This document shows, one piece after another, positions 7,013 through 16,361 of a stretch of DNA of 18,804 nucleotides. A model generated the notes under the pieces. It was not told the DNA's origin. It did no database searches and was given only the letters and a program-made list of their open reading frames with translations. Source of the stretch: Granulicella sp. (lineage in GTDB: Bacteria; Acidobacteriota; Terriglobia; Terriglobales; Acidobacteriaceae); NCBI GenBank assembly GCA_027339965.1, contig DAHWNL010000023.1:1-18804 (forward strand), given 5' to 3'. The position numbers were made by a program, and so were the translations under genes. How positions within the stretch are numbered: position 1 is the stretch's first letter; each line of letters begins with the position of its first letter.

Positions 7013-7585
7013 ATGCCTGATCCGCACGCCTCCGCTCGTCAGATCATCGCCATCGACATGGATGAGGTCATCGCCGACTCTCTCGGCGAGCATCTGCGCC
7101 GTTACAACCGGGACTACTCCTCGCCATCGCAGCCCCCCATCACCCGGGAGCAACTGCGCGGCCGCCGGCTGTGGCAGCTTGCGCCTGCCGAGCACCACCC
7201 CATTCTGGACCGCTACTTTCGCGATGAGGACTTCTTCCGGGTGCTGCCGGTCATGGACGATGCGCAGCGCGTGATCCAGCGGTTGCAGAGCCGCTACGAG
7301 GTCTTCATCGCTTCAGCCGCCATGGAGGTGCCTATCAGCTTTGCCGCCAAGTTCGCCTGGCTGGCCGAGCACTTTCCCTTCATTCCTCCCTCTCACATCG
7401 TCTTTTGCGGTGACAAGTCGATCCTGCGCGCCGACTTCCTCATCGACGACAACCCCCGCCAGCTCAGCTCCTTTCACGGTGAAGGGATCATCTACACCTG
7501 TCCCGCCAATATCCGCGTCACGGGTTACCGCCGGGTGGACAACTGGCAGCAGGTGGAGACCATGTTTCTGGACCCTGAGTCCTGA
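7013..7585 (+). CDS. 5'(3')-deoxyribonucleotidase (NT5C family, HAD)
   Basis: IAIDMDEVIAD (DxD), KFAWLAEHFPFI, IVFCGDKSILRADFLIDDNP. Start at ATG 7013. Confidence 0.93.
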   Translation: MPDPHASARQIIAIDMDEVIADSLGEHLRRYNRDYSSPSQPPITREQLRGRRLWQLAPAEHHPILDRYFRDEDFFRVLPVMDDAQRVIQRLQSRYEVFIASAAMEVPISFAAKFAWLAEHFPFIPPSHIVFCGDKSILRADFLIDDNPRQLSSFHGEGIIYTCPANIRVTGYRRVDNWQQVETMFLDPES

Positions 7586-7650
7586 AGCCGGCCGCGCGCC
7601 AAATCCAGCGCGGTCAGATCCGGTCCAGCAAAGATGCTAGGCTCAATTGC

Positions 7651-9048
7651 ATGGACCCCTTGCGCCACGGCCGCCGGAGCGGTACGGGAGAGCTCTGTTC
7701 TGTGGCTCTCTGCGCGGCTCTTGCGCTAGCCGGCTGCGCCAGCCCCGGCCCTCCACGCGCGCCTTCGCTGCGTCTGCCGCAGCCGGTCAGCGACCTCACC
7801 GTGGAGCGCGTCGGAGACACGGTCCAACTGCACTTTACCGCGCCCTCGCAGTCTACGGACAAGATGGCCCTGCACGGCTCGATTCCTGGCGAGTTCTGCC
7901 GCCAGCTCCCGCAGCAAAAAAGTTGCATTGCTGTGCCCTCTTCTAAAGTCTTCATCCGGGCCGGCAGCTCTGAAGACCAAGGCCCGTCTGAGGGAACTCA
8001 CGCTCAGGGAACTCACGGTTCAACCTCTTCCAAAAGCCAGATCACCTGGATCGACAGGCTGCCCCCCAAGCTGACCTCCGGGCCTGTCGAGCTGCTCACC
8101 TACCGGGTTCAGTTCTTCAGTCCGGCTCAACGCTCCGCCGGGCTCTCCAATCCTGCCTATACGGCTACCGGTCCGGCCCCGGCCCCGGTCACCGGCCTGC
8201 GCGCCCAAGGCACCCGTTTAGGCATCCTGCTGCGCTGGAACCCGGCGCCGTCCTCCGAAGCAGCTCCCGCAAGCGGCAGCGTCCAAGTGGTTCTGCGGCG
8301 GGAGGATCTATCCCCGGTGAAACCGCATCGACCGGCTCCAGCGAAGCCCAACGGCCAAGCCCCGGTGAAGTCGAACTCTCAGCCCAAAGCCCAGCCCAAA
8401 GCGGCTGCCCAGCCGGCTGCGTCCGGCAAGCCCGCCCGGCCAAATGTGGCCTGGCTCCGGGCGAACGCGCCGGAGGCGAGCAGCGGACAGGCCGGGAGTG
8501 ACAACTCCCAGCAGACCCTGGACACCTCGATCCAGCCCGGCAGCACCTATCGCTACACCGCGGAGCGCCGCCTGACCCTGCATCTGCCCGCAACCGGAAG
8601 CGGAGAGAAAAGCAGCCCGGCCGAAACGGCATCCCTTGCCGCGGTGACGATTCGGCTTCGCAGCGTGCCCTCGACGCCGGTGGTGTTTACCCTGCTGCCG
8701 ATCTTTCCGCCGCCGCCGCCCACCGGCTTGACTGCGGCGGCCTACTTCAACCCCACGCCCTCGGGCACGCCATCGGGCTTCGCGGTGGATCTCATCTGGC
8801 AGCCCATCGACGCGACGGGTCTGATGACACCCCTGGCCGGCTACAACGTCTACCGCCAGAGGCTGGATGCCGGCCTGCACCCCTTGGGCACCCTCCGGCG
8901 GCTCAACACCGCTCCGCTGCCCACCCCAGCTTTCCACGACGCCACGGCCGACCCCGCTCTGCCTTATCGCTACGCTGTGACTGCCATCGACATCCAAGGG
9001 AATGAGAGCTCCTCGGTTACTACGCTGCTGCAACCCACCCGGCGCTGA
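7651..9048 (+). CDS. Lipoprotein with fibronectin type III-like domains
   Basis: Lipobox ALALAGC followed by ASPGPPRAPSLRLP.PV.DL, PPPPTGL, GYNVYR and YRYAVTAID..GNES (FN3-like); Pro/Ala/Lys-rich linkers. Confidence 0.85.
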   Translation: MDPLRHGRRSGTGELCSVALCAALALAGCASPGPPRAPSLRLPQPVSDLTVERVGDTVQLHFTAPSQSTDKMALHGSIPGEFCRQLPQQKSCIAVPSSKVFIRAGSSEDQGPSEGTHAQGTHGSTSSKSQITWIDRLPPKLTSGPVELLTYRVQFFSPAQRSAGLSNPAYTATGPAPAPVTGLRAQGTRLGILLRWNPAPSSEAAPASGSVQVVLRREDLSPVKPHRPAPAKPNGQAPVKSNSQPKAQPKAAAQPAASGKPARPNVAWLRANAPEASSGQAGSDNSQQTLDTSIQPGSTYRYTAERRLTLHLPATGSGEKSSPAETASLAAVTIRLRSVPSTPVVFTLLPIFPPPPPTGLTAAAYFNPTPSGTPSGFAVDLIWQPIDATGLMTPLAGYNVYRQRLDAGLHPLGTLRRLNTAPLPTPAFHDATADPALPYRYAVTAIDIQGNESSSVTTLLQPTRR

Positions 9049-9157
9049 ATCAACAGGGCTGTTCCCGTGCCCGGCACAACCCGATGCCTCGGCCTCGAGA
9101 GCGAGAAAGGAACCCTCGGGGCCGAGTCTTCTCCGCCCTTCGGCAAGGGCCTACGCA

Positions 9158-9192
9158 AGACGATCGGATCTGGAGACGATCGGATCTGGAGA
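9158..9192. repeat. 16-bp tandem direct repeat (about 2.2 copies)
   Basis: AGACGATCGGATCTGG at 9158-9173 and 9174-9189, then AGA. Confidence 0.9.
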
Positions 9193-9218
9193 GCGGGAGG
9201 CGCGCCTGAACATCGGGC

Positions 9219-10055
9219 TCACAGAGCGTTATAGATCTCTCCCAAAGGAGTGAGGTTGCCCTCGGCGTCGAAGAGCAGGGAGGTGGTCAATGCGTGAGAG
9301 CCAGCAGCTTTCTCCTTGCTGTCGCCGGCGACCGGAAACCACGCGTAACCCCTCACCCAAGGAAGCTTGTCCATCTCGCTACAGACCGTCTTCATGAACT
9401 CGGCGGTCTGGCGGACGGTGTAGCGGTTGACGCCTCCGTGTTTGGCCTGCCAGTCCGCAACCGCGAACTCGGTGACCCAGACGGGGCGCTCATACGTCTG
9501 ATGGAAGGTGTGCAGGCTGCGCAGGAAGCCCTCTGGATTTGGGCCAGGGTAACTGTGGAAGGCAATGGAGTCGATGCGCAGCTTGCGCTGGCGCACGCCG
9601 TTCATGAACTCCTGCATCCAGGGGCCGTGCGCGTTGGCGGGGGCAGGGCTGACGAGCTCGGTGGCGATGCCTTCAAACTGTGCCCATGCATCCAGCGCCA
9701 CCTTGACAGGAATATTGGACTGGTCACGATGATCGGGCTCATTGAAGCCCAGGAGGATGGATGGGTGCTGCGCACGCAGGTTGTCCAGGACGGCCGGAGT
9801 CTTCTCGGGGTTCCACCCCCAGACCATGGGGAGGAAGCGCATGGAAGGATGGGTGGGCGGCATGCCTTTGGTGGCTGGGTTGATGCCCCAGTCGTAGTAC
9901 CATGCGGTCTCGAGACCGGAGTTGAGCGGCGCTGCTCCGCCGAGGCCCTTTTTGGGATTCAAGGGGCGGGTGGCGCCTGCGGATGCCTGCGAAGCTGCGG
10001 CGGTAGCCAGAAGGGCGGAAGCGCCACGAAGGAAGGATCGACGAGAGAACGGCAT
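9219..10055 (-). CDS. Tat-exported glycoside hydrolase family 128 (probable beta-1,3-glucanase)
   Basis: Twin-arginine signal SRRSFL; WYYDW, FLPMVWG, LGFNEPD (acid/base Glu), HSY and PVWVTEFA (nucleophile Glu). Confidence 0.9.
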   Translation of the reverse strand: MPFSRRSFLRGASALLATAAASQASAGATRPLNPKKGLGGAAPLNSGLETAWYYDWGINPATKGMPPTHPSMRFLPMVWGWNPEKTPAVLDNLRAQHPSILLGFNEPDHRDQSNIPVKVALDAWAQFEGIATELVSPAPANAHGPWMQEFMNGVRQRKLRIDSIAFHSYPGPNPEGFLRSLHTFHQTYERPVWVTEFAVADWQAKHGGVNRYTVRQTAEFMKTVCSEMDKLPWVRGYAWFPVAGDSKEKAAGSHALTTSLLFDAEGNLTPLGEIYNAL

Positions 10056-10426
10056 GAAGGATACCTCGAAGGATGGCTGGCGGACGAGCCGGGCTCGTGC
10101 ACCGCGTGGTGTAAAGCATTACACCCAGAATCTCCCCAGTATATAGACATGGCGGGCGCCGGCGTTGTCCAAGGATCCGCTCACTTCGCACTTCTCGGAA
10201 GAGGCGAAAAAGAGCCGGAAGGCCACAGCCGAAGTTCTGATAGCAGTTCGGCCGCATGCCGGGCGAGCTGCTGCCGACCTGCAGGGTTGTGGGTCGAGCG
10301 CGGATCGACGGGCTTGCTCCGTTGGCGCTAACCGAATCTGTGCCGGTGAGGTCTGCCATGAACGGCGGGCTGCCGGCGCTGCTTGGGCCAGCTGGCTTGT
10401 GCCGCATCGGGTTGTATGCTCAGAGC

Positions 10427-10981
10427 ATGGCAGCCGGAGATCCGGAGAGGAGCATTGCGGTGTTCTGTGCCTCAGCGCCGGGCGCGCGGCAGGAGTACGC
10501 CGACGCGGCTGAGGCGCTGGGACGGAGTTTGGCTGAGCGCGGAGTGGGCCTGATCTACGGTGGCGGAAAGACCGGCCTGATGGGCGCCCTCGCCGCCGGT
10601 GCCCTTGCCGCCGGCGGTCACGTGGTGGGCGTGATTCCCCAGGTGCTGGTCGATCTGGAGGTGGCTCACGAGGGCGTCAGCGAACTGCACATCACCAACA
10701 CCATGCACGCCCGAAAAGCTCTGATGGCGGAGAGGGCGGATGCATTCATTATCCTGCCGGGCGGGTTTGGAACCTTCGAGGAGATGTTCGAGGCGCTGGC
10801 CTGGCAGACGCTGCATCTGCACTCCAAGCCGGTGGTCCTTCTCAATGTCGCTGGCTTCTACGACGCCCTGCTCCAGTTCCTGGACCTCTGCGACAACGAA
10901 GGAATGCTGCGTGGCAACCGCGGAGTTCTCCTGGTTGCGGACAGCGCTGAGGAGGCCTTGCGTCTGGCAGGCGTGCAGTAG
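10427..10981 (+). CDS. LOG-family protein (TIGR00730, nucleotide phosphoribohydrolase)
   Basis: IAVFCAS, LIYGGGKTGLMG, MHARKALM and PGGFGTFEE (PGGxGTxxE motif). Confidence 0.95.
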   Translation: MAAGDPERSIAVFCASAPGARQEYADAAEALGRSLAERGVGLIYGGGKTGLMGALAAGALAAGGHVVGVIPQVLVDLEVAHEGVSELHITNTMHARKALMAERADAFIILPGGFGTFEEMFEALAWQTLHLHSKPVVLLNVAGFYDALLQFLDLCDNEGMLRGNRGVLLVADSAEEALRLAGVQ

Positions 10982-11121
10982 CCAGAGCCGGTTGCCAGCA
11001 CAAGAAACTGAGGCCGGAGTCGTTTGCCTCGGCTGCGATCTCCGCGGCGGATCATCTCACTCCCAGGGTGGTCATCCAAGCTGTTCCTGCTGCATACTTC
11101 ATTCTGGAGGCAAGCGCAGGG

Positions 11122-11406
11122 ATGAACGCGACAAACCCAGAGGTAAACGCGATTGGTTATGCGGCTGCGACCATGACTACGGTCGCCTTTTTGCCGCAGA
11201 TGCTGCGAGTGATCCGTCTGCGGTCAGCGCGGGAGATATCCTTGGGAATGTTTCTGATCTTTTCGGCAGGAACGTTCTTCTGGCTGATTTATGGAGTCTT
11301 GGCGCGCTCCGCGCCGGTGATGCTGGCCAACACCGTGACCCTTGGGTTCTCCCTGGCAATCCTGGTGCTGAAGCTGCGCTTTGACCGTCAGGAGCGGGCC
11401 AAGTAG
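11122..11406 (+). CDS. SemiSWEET sugar transporter (PQ-loop)
   Basis: 94 aa with three TM helices; TTVAFLPQ, ISLGMF, WLIYG and ANTVT motifs. Confidence 0.92.
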   Translation: MNATNPEVNAIGYAAATMTTVAFLPQMLRVIRLRSAREISLGMFLIFSAGTFFWLIYGVLARSAPVMLANTVTLGFSLAILVLKLRFDRQERAK

Positions 11407-11521
11407 CTGGGATTGCGCCAGAGGGGAAACCAAGCACTCCCGCACGCGGCCAACTCGCGGAGTTCAACGCGAAAGAAGAGAAGCACGGAAGTTTGTAGAG
11501 GGAGGCAAAGAGGCAGACAAG

Positions 11522-11989
11522 ATGAGCCACGAAGGAATTCGAATGATTTCGCCCGACGCCCGCCCCGCCGAGGAGTCTACGAAGCTGACCGGCGAAGCGA
11601 TTGAACCTGTTCGGGTGCAAGTGGACAAGAGCGGCGGCACGGGGATGGTGATTCATTGGAAGGATGGCCACCGCAGCTCCTGGAGCTTTGCCTGGCTGCG
11701 CTCCGCCTGCCCCTGCGCCACCTGCACGGAGGAGCGAGAGAAGGCCGGGCTGGCTCCGGGGCAGACCCGGGCGAAGGCGGCGCTGCTGCCCATCTATCAG
11801 GCTCCGGTACGTCCTTTGGAGGTGTCACCGGTGGGCAACTACGCTTTGAAGTTCAAGTGGAACGACGGGCATGAGTCGGGAATCTACTCCTGGGATTATC
11901 TGCGCAACGTGGCCGACGTGGAGGCGCTGCGGCAGGGCGCCTCAGCTCAGCCGCTCCAAGCCGGGGATCTCCGGAGTGGCGGCCAGTAA
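11522..11989 (+). CDS. DUF971 (GBBH-like N-terminal) domain protein
   Basis: IHWKDGH, LRSACPCATC and VGNYALKFKWNDGHESGIYSWDYL. Confidence 0.92.
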   Translation: MSHEGIRMISPDARPAEESTKLTGEAIEPVRVQVDKSGGTGMVIHWKDGHRSSWSFAWLRSACPCATCTEEREKAGLAPGQTRAKAALLPIYQAPVRPLEVSPVGNYALKFKWNDGHESGIYSWDYLRNVADVEALRQGASAQPLQAGDLRSGGQ

Positions 11990-12781
11990 ACGCTGGGTGT
12001 ACGCTTCGCGCGGAGCGTGACACACCTCATCCCAGGCGCCGGTCTCCACGATCCGCCCTCCCTGCATCACGGCGATGCGGTGGCAGAGATAGCGCACCAG
12101 CGGCATGGAGTGGGAGATGAAAAGATAAGTAAGGTTGTAGCGCTGCTGCAGATCGCGCAGCAGGTTGATAACCTGGGCTCCTACCGAGACGTCCAGCGCG
12201 CTCACCGGTTCGTCCAAAACCAGCAGTTCCGGGCGCAGAGCGATGGCGCGAGCGATATTGATCCGCTGCCGCTGACCGCCGGAGAACTCGTGAGGAAAGC
12301 GGCCTAGCGCGTCTGGCTCCAGCCCGACTTCGAGGAGCAGCTCCTGAAGCCGCGCAGCTAGCCCGGCGGAGGGCTGCTCGTGATGGATCAGAAAGGGTTC
12401 AGCCAGGGTCTGCCGGATCTTCATGCGCGGGTTGAGTGCGGCAAAGGGGTCCTGGAAGACGATGGCGAGCCGCCGGCGAAGGCGGCGCATCTGCCGCGCC
12501 TTCAGGTCCAACAAGCTGTAGACCTCCCCTGCCTGGCCCGCAACAGCATCGGGCCGAGAGCCGACAGCCTCCTGGCCCCGTGCGTGGAACAGAATGCGGC
12601 CGCTGGTTGGTTCCAGCAGGCGTAGCAGCAGGTGAGCCAGTGTGCTTTTGCCGGAGCCTGACTCTCCCACCAGGCCCAGCGTCTCGCCGCGCGCGATCTG
12701 GAGCGAGGCGCCTCGAATCACCCTCGCCGTACCGAAGTCTTTGACCAGATCATGCGCTTCAAGCAGGGGGTCAGCTAGCAT
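11942..12781 (-). CDS. Oligopeptide/dipeptide ABC transporter ATP-binding subunit (DppF/AppF-like)
   Basis: Walker A GESGSGKS, VFQDP, FPHEFSGGQRQR, LDEPVSALDVS and FISH. No permease or binding-protein gene in the window. Confidence 0.93.
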   Translation of the reverse strand: MLADPLLEAHDLVKDFGTARVIRGASLQIARGETLGLVGESGSGKSTLAHLLLRLLEPTSGRILFHARGQEAVGSRPDAVAGQAGEVYSLLDLKARQMRRLRRRLAIVFQDPFAALNPRMKIRQTLAEPFLIHHEQPSAGLAARLQELLLEVGLEPDALGRFPHEFSGGQRQRINIARAIALRPELLVLDEPVSALDVSVGAQVINLLRDLQQRYNLTYLFISHSMPLVRYLCHRIAVMQGGRIVETGAWDEVCHAPREAYTQRLLAATPEIPGLERLS

Positions 12782-12999
12782 AAGGCAGAGCGTAGGCCGT
12801 AGAGAATACAGTAAAGGAATGGGGGAACTTCAGCACGCAGCCCGAAGAACCCAGCGCCCGGCGCGCTGCTCTTACCCTATCACCGGGAGCAGCCAGGCCG
12901 AGATGGCCGTTACGGAGCGGAAGCGTCAACTCGCGAGAGGCTGATCCATTCTGGCCCTTCGTCTTGAGCGGGCAGCAAGAAGTATGGATCGAGGAGAGC

Positions 13000-15192
13000 A
13001 TGGCGTCAGACGGCAAGGAGATCAGGACCGGGACAAAGACGGTGCATGCGGTGTGTACGCATGATTGTCCCGACTCATGCGGCGTGCTGGTGACCGTGGA
13101 TGCGCTCACCGGGCGCGCCGTCAAGTTGCATGGAGATCCAGCGCATCCGGTCACGCGAGGATTCCTGTGCGGCAAGGTGGCGCGCTATCTGGATCGCGTT
13201 TACGCTCCGGATCGCCTGCTCTACCCTATGCGCCGCCGCAAAGGTGTGGCCAAAGGCCAGCTACCAGCGGCTACCGATCCAGCCCAAATCTTTGAACGCA
13301 TTGGCTGGGAGGAGGCCCTGGATGAGATCGCTCTGCGCCTGCAGCGAATCGCCGATGAGTTTGGTCCGGAGAGCATCCTGCCGTACAGTTATGCGGGCAC
13401 GATCGGCCAATTGGGCTATGGGTCCATGGACCGCAGGTTCTTCCATCGCCTGGGAGCCTCGCAACTGGACCGCACCATCTGCTCCTCGGCCGGCGGCGAA
13501 GCCTTGAAGCAGGTCTATGGAGTCCGGCTGGGAACGCCGCCCCAGCAGTTTGCACGCGCCGGACTGATCCTGGTTTGGGGAGGGAATGTGCATGGCAACA
13601 ACATTCACCTCTGGCCTTTTGTGGAGCAGGCGCGGCGCGGCGGCGCCCGGTTGGTGGTCATTGACCCGTACAAAACACGCACGGCCGCCCTGGCCGATGA
13701 ACATCTGGCCATTCATCCGGGAACCGACGTGCTGCTCGCCCTCTCCATGATGCACGTTCTGTTTCGCGACGGCTATCAAGATGCCGAGTATCTTCGCGAG
13801 TGTACGAACGGAGCCGACCAGCTGCGCCTCCACGCGCTGCGTGCGGAGTACGCTCCGCGGCATGTTTCGGCGGTCACGGGCATTCCCGCAGAATCCATCG
13901 AGCGCTTGGCGCGCGCTTATGGCGCGGCGGGGCAGGGACGGGGCGGACCGGCTGTGATCCGGCTCAACTACGGCGTGCAGCGCAGTCAGAACGGTGGAAC
14001 AGCGGTACGCGCGGTATCCATGCTGCCGTTGATCACCGGAAGCTGGAAGCAGCCCGGGGGCGGTCTGCTGCTCTCCGTCAGTGGTGCGTTTCCTTTCAAT
14101 TCGCAGCGCTTGCAGATGCCTGAATTGATGCAGGCCGGCCCGCTGGGACGGGCGGCGCGCACGATCAACATGTCCGCGCTGGGGCTGGCGCTCACGGAGA
14201 TGGACAGCGAAGGCGGTGCGGGCCAGGAGCGCTCCGCGCCGGCGGGGCCTCCCGTCAAGGCGCTGTTTGTCTACAACAGTAACCCCGCCGCGGTTGCCCC
14301 CGACTCCGGACGTGTGCTGCGCGGTCTGCGCCGCCCGGACCTGTTCACCGTGGTGCATGAACAGTTCCTCACGGATACCACGGACTACGCCGACATGGTG
14401 CTACCGGCCACGACTTTTCTGGAGAGCAAGGATCTGATGGGAGCCTACGGGCACCTGTTTATGCAGATCTCGCAGCCGGCCATCAGCCCTCAAGGGGAGG
14501 CACGCTCGAACGTCTGGTTGTTTGGCCAACTGGGCAACCGGATGTTTCCTCACGAGCCGGCATTTGCCGATGATGAGGATCAGTTGATCGACCAGGCCCT
14601 CGGCAGCGGCCACGCCTACCTTGCCGGGATCACGCGGAGACGGTTGGAAGATGAAGGTCATGTGGCGCTGCGGCTGCCCAGAGATGCTGACGGAGAGACG
14701 CTGCCCTTCAGCACCCCGGAGTGGTTCGCCACGCCCAGCGGCCGCGCCGAACTCACTCCTGTTCCGGAGTGGGTCCCGCCCGTCGAGTCGCGCCATGGGG
14801 CGGAGGGCGGAGGAAGATTTCCTCTGGAGTTTTTAGCGCGCAAGGCGGATCACTATATGAACTCCACATTTGCCAACCTTCCGGGACACCGGCAGATGGA
14901 GCGGGAGACTGCGGGCAAGCTGGAGATGCACCCGATCGACGCCTCCGCGCGCGGCATCGTCCATGGCGATCCGGTGCGAGTGTGGAACCTTCGAGGGCAG
15001 CTCACCCTCACCGCGAGCGTCGGATCTACCGTTCCGGCGGGGGTGGTGGCCTCGTGCATGGACTGGCGGAAGCTGAGCCTGAACGGCGAGAACGGTAATG
15101 CGCTCACCAGTGAACGGCTTACCGACATTGGCCAGGGAGCAACGTTCTATTCGACGCTGGTGGAGGTAGACAAGGAACTGGGTATGAAGTGA
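13000..15192 (+). CDS. Molybdopterin (bis-MGD, DMSO reductase family) oxidoreductase, cytoplasmic, YoaE-like subgroup
   Basis: N-terminal CTHDCPDSC...LCGK [4Fe-4S] motif, RTICSSAG (likely Cys ligand), VHEQFLTDTTDYADMVLPAT, and C-terminal MHPIDA..RGI..GD.V.V.N.RG. GAGGAG RBS; no Tat signal. Confidence 0.93.
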   Translation: MASDGKEIRTGTKTVHAVCTHDCPDSCGVLVTVDALTGRAVKLHGDPAHPVTRGFLCGKVARYLDRVYAPDRLLYPMRRRKGVAKGQLPAATDPAQIFERIGWEEALDEIALRLQRIADEFGPESILPYSYAGTIGQLGYGSMDRRFFHRLGASQLDRTICSSAGGEALKQVYGVRLGTPPQQFARAGLILVWGGNVHGNNIHLWPFVEQARRGGARLVVIDPYKTRTAALADEHLAIHPGTDVLLALSMMHVLFRDGYQDAEYLRECTNGADQLRLHALRAEYAPRHVSAVTGIPAESIERLARAYGAAGQGRGGPAVIRLNYGVQRSQNGGTAVRAVSMLPLITGSWKQPGGGLLLSVSGAFPFNSQRLQMPELMQAGPLGRAARTINMSALGLALTEMDSEGGAGQERSAPAGPPVKALFVYNSNPAAVAPDSGRVLRGLRRPDLFTVVHEQFLTDTTDYADMVLPATTFLESKDLMGAYGHLFMQISQPAISPQGEARSNVWLFGQLGNRMFPHEPAFADDEDQLIDQALGSGHAYLAGITRRRLEDEGHVALRLPRDADGETLPFSTPEWFATPSGRAELTPVPEWVPPVESRHGAEGGGRFPLEFLARKADHYMNSTFANLPGHRQMERETAGKLEMHPIDASARGIVHGDPVRVWNLRGQLTLTASVGSTVPAGVVASCMDWRKLSLNGENGNALTSERLTDIGQGATFYSTLVEVDKELGMK

Positions 15193-15288
15193 GTCCGGCA
15201 CGGATCTTGGTCCCGGGCGAAGCGCTTTTATGAGCCCTCGATCGTCGATGCGCCGCCGCTGCGCCTGGGAGCAGATTAAAATCGGGCC

Positions 15289-16239
15289 ATGCCATCGACG
15301 CCCATCGTAGATCTGGTTGGAGTGGGGCTCAATGCCACCGACACCTTGATTCCACTGCCGCACCTTCCCCAGCGGGGGGCGAAGATGGAGTATCGGCAGG
15401 AGACGGTAATGCCCGGCGGGCAGGTGGCTACGGCGGTTGTGGCCTGCCAGAGATGGGGCATGCGCACCCGTTATGTGGGCAAGTTGGGCGACGATGATGC
15501 GGCGCGGTTGCATGCTCTGGCCTTCGCGCAGGCTGGAGTGGAGACGCGGCTGGTGACGGTGCCCAACGCCGCCAGCCCCCGATCCCTGATTCTTGTGGAC
15601 GGGTCTGGAGAGCGCACTGTACTCTGTCGCCGCGATGATCGGTTGACCCTCCAGCCCCAGGATCTGCAACGGGAGTGGGTTGTGCGAGCCCGGGCTCTGC
15701 ACGTGGATGGCTTTGACACCGCCGCGGCGACGCTGGCTGCAAGCTGGGCCCGGGAGGCCGGCCTTGCTGTGACCGCGGATCTGGATGAGGTCTATGCCGG
15801 GGTGGAGGGGCTGATCGAGCAGGTGGATTACCTTATTGTGAGCCGGGATCTTCCCTACCGCCTGATGCAGGAGAGCGATCTGCTACGAGCGTTGCGCAAG
15901 ATGCACTCGCGCTATGGATGCAAGTTGACGGCGGCGACGCTGGGCCCGGATGGCGTGGTGGCCTGGGACGGTCTCCGGTTTTCTTTCAGCCCTGCCTTTC
16001 GCGTGCCGGTGGTAGATACAACCGGGGCAGGAGATATCTTTCACGCTGGTTTTCTTTATGGTCTGGCGCAGGGCTGGGAGCTGGACCGGCAGTTGGCCTT
16101 CGCCTGTGCCGCCGCCGCAATGAACTGCATGGCAAGCGGCGCTCGTGGCGGCATTCAACCGGTGGAAGAGATTGAAGCGCTGCTGGCTGGCTGCGAATGC
16201 TATCCCCGGCCACGAGAGTTCGCCGGGGCGTTGGCCTGA
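15289..16239 (+). CDS. PfkB-family carbohydrate kinase
   Basis: PGGQVATA, VGKLGDD and VVDTTGAGDIFHAGF (PfkB signature). Confidence 0.94.
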   Translation: MPSTPIVDLVGVGLNATDTLIPLPHLPQRGAKMEYRQETVMPGGQVATAVVACQRWGMRTRYVGKLGDDDAARLHALAFAQAGVETRLVTVPNAASPRSLILVDGSGERTVLCRRDDRLTLQPQDLQREWVVRARALHVDGFDTAAATLAASWAREAGLAVTADLDEVYAGVEGLIEQVDYLIVSRDLPYRLMQESDLLRALRKMHSRYGCKLTAATLGPDGVVAWDGLRFSFSPAFRVPVVDTTGAGDIFHAGFLYGLAQGWELDRQLAFACAAAAMNCMASGARGGIQPVEEIEALLAGCECYPRPREFAGALA

Positions 16240-16361
16240 CCGCCACGCAAGGCCGGGTTGAGGCCGAGGGCTGATAGGGAGCGCAGCGGCGGTGATCGGC
16301 TTCCGCAGGCAACGCCTCCAATCGGGTAAAATGCACAGCAAGAGGGAAGGATGGTGTCGGG

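Noticed and set aside
13000..15192. Selenocysteine-containing formate dehydrogenase
   Set aside because: No in-frame TGA; the ligand position is Cys followed by Ser rather than the FDH C/U-H pair.
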